The notes under the pieces: generated by a model
What the model saw: only the letters and a program-made list of their open reading frames with translations
Databases searched by the model: none
Told to the model about the DNA's origin: nothing
In this document: positions 37,911 to 48,238 of the stretch, one piece after another
How the letters are laid out: every line of letters starts with the position of its first letter
Numbering within the stretch: the stretch's first letter is position 1
Translations under genes and position numbers: made by a program
Assembly: GCF_964204645.1 (NCBI RefSeq)
Contig: NC_134029.1
Location: forward strand, 10,132,850-10,196,849
DNA length: 64,000 nt
Direction: 5' to 3'
Source of the DNA: Tubulanus polymorphus
Taxonomy: Eukaryota; Animalia; Nemertea

Positions 37911-38144
37911 ATGCTTACAGGTTTATTTTCTTTTTCGATTTATAGTATTAAGCAGTTGTCAGAATTCTTTGATAGCTGTAAAATTAGATATACAGAATTA
38001 AAAGAAAATATAAATTATATTTCAGATCGAATAAATAATATTAAGTGTTGTGAAGTATGTAATAAAAGATATAAAAATTCAAAGAGTTTAAAAACTCATA
38101 AATATATTCATGAATTGAATGATAAACTGTCTAATTCAAATTGA
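37911..38144 (+). CDS. Element ORF3: 77-aa protein with a single C2H2 zinc finger
   Basis: CEVCNKRYKNSKSLKTHKYIH fits C-x2-C-x3-Y-x5-L-x2-H-x3-H, preceded by a heptad-like segment. Confidence 0.65.
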   Translation: MLTGLFSFSIYSIKQLSEFFDSCKIRYTELKENINYISDRINNIKCCEVCNKRYKNSKSLKTHKYIHELNDKLSNSN

Positions 38145-38768
38145 GAATAAGACTGTTAAATTAGCTGAAATGTATGAAATATTGTAAAAATATTAGTTAA
38201 TCAAAAAAGGGGGTTGAGGTATCAATGTATTAAATACGTATTAAATACGTATTAATGTATTAAATACGTATTAATGTATCCAATAAGGGTAAAAAATATT
38301 TTAAAGCGTAAGGTTTCAGCGAACTCTAACTCTTTTTGAATTTTAACCTATTTTAATAAAAATTTGATATATAAATGTGCTCAAGATTAATTAAAGTTCG
38401 ACACGTATAAAAACATATCCGGGTGATTATTCAGGTATGCATTATTTCATAAAATTTAAGAATACAGATTTTTTACAGAATTGAAAAAAGTTGCTGCTAA
38501 TGATAATTATGATGATAAAAGTGATAACTTTGATGAAATAATTCAATATTACAGTTATGAAGATTTTTCACAGGATGTAATAAATGAAATAAGAAAGGAT
38601 ACAAAAAATAAATATAGAAATATAAGTGAAGACAACTTAAACCAATATATTTATTTAACTTATGAATTGTATGCTAAGAATTTGAATTCTGTTGATGGTT
38701 ATCATACAAAACTATTAGGTGAAGTTGAAGGTAATAGAAAATCACAAGAATTAAAAGATGCATGGCAC

Positions 38769-38858
38769 TGTCACCCTGATATAATTTCATAATCATATAG
38801 ATCTACAATGTCATATCGAACAGTTCATAATATTTCATAGCTCTACTACATATTAATG

Positions 38859-38903
<45 letters not shown>

Positions 38904-39270
38904 TGATATAACTTATGACTATAGTGTCAATATGTGCTTTAAGGTCGTAATCAACATGTGACATTACTTAATTAGCTATAGTCAGTGCTCATCGATAATT
39001 AATTAATGTCTCTCAAACATTTCACTAGGTGTTTGTTTGTGAGTCCTGATGTCTACAACTTGTCTGACCCCTAGTTCTCGCATTATACTCATGATTCTGT
39101 ATATAAAGACTATGTAAAGCTATGATAATCATTCTCATTCCGGGATGCAATAAAGATTGTACATATAAGGTTTAACTGCCTTGTTGTTCCTGATGGATGG
39201 AATCCTGTACCGCTGGTGTAAATGCTAGTTCCCCCAGCCAGCCTGCCGATACAACAACCAGCCGGTTACA
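38769..39270 (+). mobile_element. Solo LTR (502 bp), probably Gypsy/Ty3 type
   Basis: GCAC|TGTCACC ... GGTTACA|GCAC. TG...CA ends with a short inverted repeat, 4-bp TSD, TATA box GTATATAAAG ~39099, AATAAA ~39149. GC content higher than the host element. Confidence 0.85.
38858..38902. repeat. (AAT)n microsatellite inside the solo LTR
   Basis: About 14 AAT units. Confidence 0.95.
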
Positions 39271-39627
39271 GCACAAATTGTTTTTAGAATTAGAATCAGA
39301 AAAGTAATTCAAAATATGAATATAATACCCCTTATGTCTTTATTGTCTTTAGTACTTTTAGTACATAAAGAATAAATCTTTATATTATAAGTAGTTTCAA
39401 AAGTAAAATAGAACTACTAAACTACTAAAGAGATAAAGACATAAATATATATATTACTGTTTCAATAATCATATTTATTCATCTGATGGATTTTAAATAT
39501 TACTGTTTCAATAATAATATTTATTTATCATATATAAAAATTATTTATATATTTATTTTTTTAAGTACTAATAAAATAAAGATATATTCTTTATGTACTA
39601 AAAGTACTAAAGACAATAAAGACACAA

Positions 39628-40227
39628 GATTAATCATAGTAATGTTATCGATTTTATAATGTCTTGCGGACACTAAATTTGTTGCTGAAATATAATTTCT
39701 AATGTTAAACTGTGAAAATAATTTATTGGTTTCTTTTATTTCGATTTTGAAGTTGGGTTCTTCTTCTTTCTTCATTTTAATAACAAAACTTTTATTAAAA
39801 CTCATTCAAATATAAATATTCAATGATTTAAATATGAATTATTTCAATCACACTTTGCTCACACTTGTTATGTTTGAAATTGATTTTAATTCTAACAACT
39901 CGTTAATTACTCGTTACTTTTTATCACACATTTTATGTTTGCGCTTTACTCACACTTTACTCACACTTTTTATGTTTAAAATTGATTTTTTATTATTCGA
40001 AATCTATATTTGATCTTACTTATCTAGATTATTATGCTAACACTTTACTCACACTTTTTACATATGAATATTTTAAGAGTAAATAGGAATTAGTTGTTCT
40101 ATATCAAAGGTTGAGGGGTCGAGTGAGTAAAAAATAAAAATAAATTCGAGCGTGCGAGAATTTATTTTTATTTTTTACGAGCTCGACCGTTCGACCTTTG
40201 GTACAGAACAACTAATTCCTATTTACT
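39628..40227 (-). repeat. Right terminal inverted repeat (600 bp) with 150-nt terminal hairpin (40078-40227)
   Basis: Mirror of the left TIR; includes an inverted copy of the first ~59 codons of ORF1. Confidence 0.95.
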
Positions 40228-42224
40228 TATGCCAATTTCATATTCAGTGTTTTGATGTTTTCTGCAATCAGACTACCAGATATTGAAACCGAATGAGAGC
40301 TGACCTCGCATCGAAACTTCAAAACTGAGCCATCGCCGCTTGTCTTTTCTGACGTGGTTTAGGTCCACTGGTAGTTAATAACGCACGCACCCTCCCCCCC
40401 CACCCCTTGGAGAGCCCTGGGTACGGCCTGCATAGTGACGGTGGCTCTGTAAATACGGTGAAGCATTGGAGTTAATGACAAATGTCTGAAATAACTTCGG
40501 TGACCTTAAAAAGGTGCGAAAAAGGACCTTCTCTTTTTTTAAGAAATTCATATTCCAAAGTTGGGGTTTTAAGTCAGAAACTCGCCTGTTTCGTAAGATC
40601 TGACTTACGCAAGGTTAACTGTGTATACATATATATGATCTTCGAATTTGGCTCAACTCCGTATCCGAGATACTGGGTTGTGAAATCATATTTGGAAGCT
40701 CGGCCAATAGAATGACGCATTATAAAAGATACTGCTGCGCATGCTTGTGTGGAGGATGTGACGCGTTTGTATTCCCAAATGTTTTATCCATCAACTTTAT
40801 GAACAACTTCTTCAATGTAATCACGCAATTATAAATATCTCGAACAATTCCAAGACAGCTTTATTATTTTTATCGGCATTCCTACAATCGGAAAAAGCGG
40901 TCATGTAAGTTGCCTTCAAAAAGTTAACTTTTCGAAATTCGACTTAATAAGTCGAAATTGTGAAAAAATGTTCTCGTATGTCACCTAGGGGCTTCCGTAA
41001 AAACGCATAGCAACAATCGTTCAAATCACCACCAACGCAATTTCTTTTTGAAGATTATCTACTAAATGGCATTAGACTGAAAACTTGGATTTACTTCCTT
41101 ACGTTGTTGGAACCAGGAAATGAAAATAGAAGTAGGTTGTTGCGTCGGAATTCACCACGGGTGCTACCTTAGTTTCATTTTTCATATACATATATCACCA
41201 ATCGCGTCTCACTACTTGAGTAATACGATCATAAGGGACCCATCGCATTTGTGCCAGCGAGTAAGTCGGGACAGTCACGTGATGAAATTTGACGGCAGAG
41301 ATTGGACCAGTTGAAAAAAATACAAATTGTTTTACGAAATGGTTTTGTGGTTACAAAAACTACGGACAATTTTATTTCCTTTGACTAATCAATGATACAT
41401 GACAATTAACTCGTCAAAGAAAAGCATACTTCTTGGGTGATGAACACATACGCATTTGTAAAAATAATGTTTTAAACTTTAAGGCATCCCTAGAAGCACT
41501 TACATAATCACGTGACTGACCCACTTTCTCATCCAACATGCATTAGAGATACCAGATTCGGGTAATATATGTTTTTATTATTACGATAATTTCAATATAA
41601 TGTCCATACTTTATTCAGATCCAAACAACACGTCTGCCAATCCAAGCAACCATAGAAAATACAATACAATCCTACACATAAGGTACTTTTTAGATGTAAT
41701 TTTACTATGAAAGGGCACATTCAAAGACAAAAAGAAGGGCGCATTTAAGTTGAAAGGGCCTGACCAATGGTTCCTATCTTTTTAATTCTTGTAATATTTG
41801 TAAAATTGTATAATGGGGACGGGGGTTATTGGCCGCTTTAGAGCCCGGAAATCCACCTGAATGCACCAATTAGACAAAATCTTGATATGCATTATGCATT
41901 GTGCGTGAAAAAAAGGATATCACTTTTTGAAGTGCACTTTTTGCTGAGGATTTCGACCCTTTTCAGATGAAAATCCCCTTTCAAAATCCTGGATACGGTT
42001 GTGAAAATTGTAAGCCAATCGTTACAATAGAAATCTATCTAAAAAATTTGCTGTTATTCAGATTCTGAAATGCGTTGAATTCCTATCTTCCTATTTATGC
42101 ATGATGAAATGTATACAATAGGGAAGTTTCCAGTTTCCTGGCGCCATTTTGAGGCGGTCCCACAGGTCCCCGCATTGTTGGACAGATTTTCACATTTTTT
42201 AAATTAAAACCTTTAGCGCGATTC

Positions 42225-42688
42225 ATTGTAGTCCATCACTCTTTGACTTCAAAAATTTAAGTCATGTATTGTTAGAAAGGTGACAATTTCTAGAAAATTG
42301 CCATGAAAATAGCGTAATACGCGCATGCAGAAACTCGACGGTCAACCACTCGCGCACGCTTTGCGCTTAACTCAACCGGTGGCCACGCGCGTTTCTATGA
42401 AGATATTTCGGCCAATGTAGTATCAACAAAATCCTCAGATAAAACTCTATCTTCAATGAAAAATTCTACATTGTATCTCAAAACATGAAAAAGTCACAGT
42501 CAATAACACAAAATTACCAATCTTTTTGAGGCGCCTTCCTTAAAGTGACGTATATTTTTAAAACTGTAACTGCATCCGATTGTTGCAGCCGATAAAAATA
42601 AAATAAACACCATCAGAAAATAGAAATTGTCACCTTTCTAACGATACATGACTTAAATTTTTGAGGCAAAAGGGAGATGGACTACAAT
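42225..42688. mobile_element. MITE with ~67-bp TIRs (TAGTCC...GGACTA core; possibly Academ-like)
   Basis: ATTGTAGTCCATCACTCTTTGACTTCAAAAATTTAAGTCATGTATTGTTAGAAAGGTGACAATTTCTA is mirrored at 42621-42688. TSD not resolved. Confidence 0.75.
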
Positions 42689-45224
42689 TACATATGCCGC
42701 TCGCGCCCTGATGAAGAAACGACCGTTAGAATTCCGTCAAAAATGATGGGAGAATTTTCCCAAAAATCTATGAAAACATTCGTATGTCAAACAGAATTCC
42801 TGAAATCTGAAGATAAATGCATGTTCTTTCGATCCATACCAAGACACAACCACTTCCATGGCCATTCACCGTTATCATTCGCGTGTTACACCTGGAGTGG
42901 TCATTTGTCAAATAGCGAATAGGAAGACAAATTATGAATGCCGATTGAGGCAATGAATAGGGGTATTTATAGTATAGTAGCCAGGATTTTCAATGCCGTT
43001 TTTGCTTTGTTTTTGATTCTCAATGCTTTGTTCTTAGATAACACGTGTAATTACGTGTATTCTTTGGTTCTAAATTGTGTGCGCTGGTTTGTTATTAGGC
43101 TACTATCTGATATACAATATATATGATGACCAGTCGATTTGAACCCTTCCCATTTGAATCGAAAGAATATTGATATACTGCACTTTACTCGTGAAATCTA
43201 GAAACTACCAAAGTGTAATACGCAATACCGAGTATCTATATGCTCTGCATTCAGTATTCAGAGGGATGGGCTGAGATAATTTTCCGATACGTACCGGATA
43301 TAAGATGAACACTGCAACGCTACGCGCAACAGCCTGCTGATCGTTCGCCGTGCGTAGTATTATGATGATCTTCTAAATCCAACCTTGAATACGACTCAAG
43401 ACTCAACTCAATTATAATGGATAAACATTATAGATTGTGAGGATATCAGACCATAACCGAAATGGCCGACACTTTTACCAAAGTAGGCCCTATTTCAGGA
43501 GCTCTCTTAAAATAGAATCTCTTAAAATTCTTCTAGTATATAACACAAAACTTGGGGGCATTTTAAGGAAGCTTCATGTGTCGTCTGTAGAAATGCCCGC
43601 TGGACTCTCCTACTGATCCACCGGGAAGGGGTGGTCAGTAATTTTATGTTCGTAGATAAAGATGCGCCGATAGATGTTTACGTAATATGCATAGAATAAA
43701 TTTAAATTATTTTGACTTATTGCGAAATATATTTCCAGTTGAAAAGCTTTTCCTTTAAGATCTTTAACGTGTGATTCTATTTTCAATAAAATATGCTAGC
43801 GACATCATATAGGACCGCTGACGCCAAAATTCTACCAATTTCGTTTCTAGATCGTCTGTCCGGTCATCTGCCATGCGAAGGTTTGGTTAGTGTTTGAAAC
43901 AACTTAAATTTGAAAGGTTTTGACATGATACTCATGGCACGGTCACAATTGGTACTACGTAGCGTTGGGGGGAGGGGGGGTGCGAAGGTCGCGCATGCAC
44001 CCCCGTTCCAGTTCTGGAGTTCAGCAGGATTTTTCTGGTAGATCATCCCTTGACATCGTTGCTTGTTGTTAACTCATTTTAATCGCAAATATTAAATTTG
44101 TCACAAAATAGGGTTTCCTGTTTGACGAATCACAAAATGTCATTTTGGGAATCAACTATACTAAATAGAACGACGTGGATTTCAAATAAAAAATCAGCTT
44201 TTGTATAACCTAAAATAGCGGGAGATAGAGGGAATTTCTGATTTGAGGCCTGTAATTACAGAGTACGAAATGAATACTAAAAAGACGTGAATTCAAATCA
44301 AACATGTAACGAACATGTAACGAATGATTTATTGTAAAAAATGGAAGAACATGAAAGAAATTGAAGATAATTGGTTCGTCAGGAAGCGGCAGGGAGAGAC
44401 TTGAAATACATGTAGCCTATACAAGCTAAGCACTATAGAAATGCTGGTCAAAGGCAAATTCCGCCAGATACAATGAGGATAAATGCTTAGTCTGTAGCTT
44501 AGGGTATATATGGATGTATAGAAGCCTGTTGGGACAGGGTCAGAGTTAACATGTTTAAGTGTTTTCGAGGGGTTAGGGTTTAAGAGGGTTAGGTTTAGAT
44601 GTCCAGTCTGTAGGGTCAGGGGTTAGAGGTTTACGTGTTTAAAAAACACCATTCTCCAGAAGAAAATAAAAAGCTACTACGAAATAAACGAACACTTAAG
44701 TCGGTTTCATATGTATAGAGAAAGTTGGCTTTTTATTTGAACTAATATAATATTCATCTTGTGTGATCATCATACTGTCCTCCGTATAGACATTATTATA
44801 TATGGATACATTATCTGTCTACACCTACAGCAGTAGCGTAGAAATAATAAGGTGTGCACACCACTGTAAACGATCATGTATTATAATTTTCAATCGTCGT
44901 CATCATCATCATCATACCCTGCCATTTTTTTCGCAAAATACTTGTCTGAAACATGCCATATCACATTTTGTGCTTACAATCCTTTACAGTACCATCGCCA
45001 TCTTAACCACAGGGGACGGATCCAGATGTTTTGAAAGGGGGAAGTTTGAATATTAGGTGCATGAAACGCCATCCTAGCAAAATATGTAAGTGGTATGCAC
45101 AACCATCAAATGAACGAAGCTTATTTTAAATTCTGTTATCAGCATGCTTTTTTCAACAGCTAGTTTTGAAATTTAATTTTATGGCTATGCCGGTATCACG
45201 CACCAGATGGCATTGAGGTACCTC

Positions 45225-45300
45225 TTCTTAGTGCTTGGTGGATAAGGCGTTGGACTAATGACCGAGAGGTTGTGGGATCGAATCCTTAGTGAAACCATGT
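45225..45300 (+). mobile_element. Degenerate tRNA-derived SINE head
   Basis: TAGTGCTTGGTGG (A-box-like) ... GGGATCGAATCC (B-box-like); no intact cloverleaf. Confidence 0.45.
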
Positions 45301-47982
45301 TATTCAGGCAGTGCTTCCAGACTCACTGACAAAAAGTAGCAAACTGCATATAATACTTCTTACGAATTTATGGGGTAAATAAAACTTATTCATGTCGTCA
45401 TCACATACACGCCAAGTGGCGCTGAGCTAATATATCAAGTTATCCCATCATCATACACCTATGGTGCCTAATATCGAAGCGCTTTTAAAACGGCAACTAC
45501 CGGTATCATCCGCATCCTTTGTTTGCGTTTGCTGTGAAATCGAACAATCTCGGTCTTGACAGTTTTCTATATAATCGCCTGATGTCTAATGACAAGTGAT
45601 TTGACAGTTTGAAGATCGTGAAGGTTTTGGGTTCCAAGACAATTGTAGGTCAGTGTCATCTCTAGGGGCAAATACATAGGCCAATTTTGAAGGACTTGTC
45701 ACATACCAAAAGGGCACTTGGATGTCCAAGACATCAATATTAAGCACACTCCAGCACCGAGAGGCTAGTTTTGTAGAACTTGCCCAAGTCCCAAAAGAGC
45801 ACTTGGATGTCCAAAAAAGGCAATATTATGTATATTCCCGTAATGAGGGGAACGGTTTTGAGGAAACATCCCAAAAGGGAAATTTTCGAATATAAGGAGC
45901 ACTTCTGCACTGATATGCACCAATCTTCTTCGTTGACAAGATTAAAAAGGGCACTCGCGATTAGATGGATTTGTTCATGTCTGACAGGTCTCTGACCTCA
46001 TGTCTGGTAATGGCACCGCGTGACTTAACTTTTTTACCTCGGCGCCATCTGATGCGTGATGATACCATGAGTATATTTCCTAACTAGCCATTGGAAATTG
46101 CACACACACTCACACACACTTATTAGTTTAAAATCCAAAATTTACTTCGTGAGATTGTGAGATGGTTGTACGATTGTGAATACGTTGCTTAAATACTGCA
46201 ATCAGTTTTTGCTCCGCACAGCATACTGGGAGTATTGTACCGGTACAAATTATCCGATCAGCTATAAATCGCCCTCTGGATCCGCCACTATTCGTATGAT
46301 CAAAGGTCATTGGCAGATTAATTTCTATTTTACAATATAATAATCCTGATACCGAAGCATTTCTCATCATAATTATAGCAAAAGGTATTACATGTAGTTT
46401 CAACAGCTGATTTAGTTTTTTGAAGTTGCTTATAGGGCAACTATATATACAGTATACACTTATACTGAATTGTTAATTGTAAAAATTTCACTCATTGGGG
46501 ACATTTCTTCATTAGTTCTCGTTCAACAAATGCGCATGGTTTCAAACTTCTTACTTGATTTGAGACCAAAATGCAGGAAAAAGAAGACTTTTATTCATTT
46601 CACCTCAAACGTATGCCAGAAGTTGCGAAATTGCTCGTCTTTGCGTGTACAGAAAATTTTCAAAGATTTTCAGAGCAAGAACTCCCAGGACTCCTATGCG
46701 CCTTTAAAAAGTTCTTTTGTGAAAATCAAACACCGCCAAAATAGCTGGCTAAAAGCTTGCACTATACAAAATATACATAATAAACTTTTGCCTTCGACGG
46801 ATCTATACCCGAGGAGTCCGCAGCAAAGACCGCGCACGTGAATCGAAACCCATTCTTTTCAGTTCATTCTGTTGGTGCTGTTCAAATGGCTCGTATATCA
46901 GTACATAATCATCAATATTCACAGAAGGTTCTACCCAGTTTGAATCTCTAGTCGATGATGCCAGTTTCAAAATGATCAGTAAGAGATGATAGAGTTTAAA
47001 TCAATCAGTTAATCTCCAATGTACCCAGTTGACGTCGCGAATCACGGCTGAAGACCCAGATACCAGCAGGGCCACGTTAAGCTGTGTTAAGCCCCGCATA
47101 CTAGGAAGAACTGGCGACGCTGGTGACTAGAACTAGCATATATCTTGAATCCCATTACAGTAAGCCTTCCTTGTAATTCTTTAATTAAACCAATTTCAAG
47201 CATATATTAGATAGGAACTAATCTTGAATTCTAGATTTAATGTTTTTAATGTGCCAATGACCTTTAAACATTCATATTATAGAGCATTTAACATGTATTC
47301 ATGGACTCTAAAACGTTTTAGAGTCCATGATTACATATTATACAATATATATATATATACGCATACAACGCAGATTCAAAAAACCGAAAACTCAAGAACG
47401 ATAGGCCAGTGAACAAAAACATTCATATCTACATTACATCGTTAACTCATTTCGATATAATTTAGGGGTATTAATATGTGATTTACGACTGTTTTACAAA
47501 ACCCAGGTGAACTGTACTTTTCATTTCGCTTTATTCAAACATGTATAACTGAACCCCACTTAACACAGATCAATGAGAAGTCCGGATTGAAGGTGCCATT
47601 TTACATACATAGATGGACCCACGTAAATCATATCCAAAGCTTGCAAATGAAAGGGAAAGAACACTGCCTAGTAGGACAGAGTCGAAACATTTTTTCCAAC
47701 TACTGTTAGAAACTGTGATATGTCTGTAGTAATGTTCATATATATACAAATTATTATTGCCTATCCCGAGTTTAGAACACATTTTAAAACGGCTTAAAAT
47801 CAGACCATTACCCTTCCCTAAAAAATATTGCAGAGGGAGCACAAACAGTTTACATGTTCATATAATACCTAAACCTCTTCAGCATCACCCTGCCTCCCTA
47901 ACAGGGATTCAAACCTGATGACAATCATACTGCCACAAAAGATGTCTCAGCCCTGCAATATTCCTATTCACCATGGTCTAAT

Positions 47983-48238
47983 CAGGGGCAGATCTAGGAA
48001 AATTGGAAGGCCAGGGTCCAGAAGAAAAGAAAAGGTATTTCCCGGATTAAGCAGCCATGTCAAATGCCACCACAACTCCCAGTGTTAAGATATCTTCTAA
48101 GAAATAGATCCTAAAAGATGCAAATTACGAGAGGTTGAGCATTACATTTGCAGGTTTCACCGATCTTGACGAAAAGGGCAACCTCGGTGGGAAGGCAGCA
48201 GTCCAGATCCCAGAAACCACCCCGTAGATCTGCTCCTG
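47983..48238. mobile_element. hAT-like MITE with 5-bp TSD
   Basis: CTAAT|CAGGGGCAGATCTA ... TAGATCTGCTCCTG|CTAAT. Confidence 0.7.

Larger units (their letters stand above)
38481..39307 (+). pseudogene. Element ORF4, interrupted by a solo LTR (5' end also appears frameshifted)
   Basis: Removing 38769-39270 and one GCAC copy rejoins ...SQELKDAWH to KLFLELESEK* (stop 39305-39307) in frame. Confidence 0.65.
36444..40227. mobile_element. Non-autonomous Maverick/Polinton-like (virus-like) element with long TIRs and hairpin termini
   Basis: 6-bp TSD TATGCC (36438-36443 and 40228-40233), termini AGTAAATAGG...CCTATTTACT, TIRs 36444-37028 and 39628-40227. Far more AT-rich than the flanks, with intronless ORFs in tandem. 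The 6-bp TSD, AG...CT ends and several-hundred-bp TIRs are established Maverick/Polinton hallmarks, but no core gene is present, so the family assignment is inferred. Confidence 0.8.

Noticed and set aside
36444-40227. CRISPR array, prophage or bacterial contaminant interpretation of the AT-rich island
   Set aside because: No regularly spaced repeat-spacer units or cas genes, no Shine-Dalgarno or operon signature recognised, and the island is bounded by a TSD within animal repeat DNA.
36444-40227. Endogenous densovirus/parvovirus
   Set aside because: The hairpin ends and ITR length are suggestive, but no HUH/SF3-helicase NS1 or PLA2/capsid motifs appear in any ORF, and a precise 6-bp TSD is not typical of parvoviral integrations.
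44565-44640. Interstitial telomeric repeat
   Set aside because: Only a few degenerate GGGTTA-like units, too short and irregular to call.
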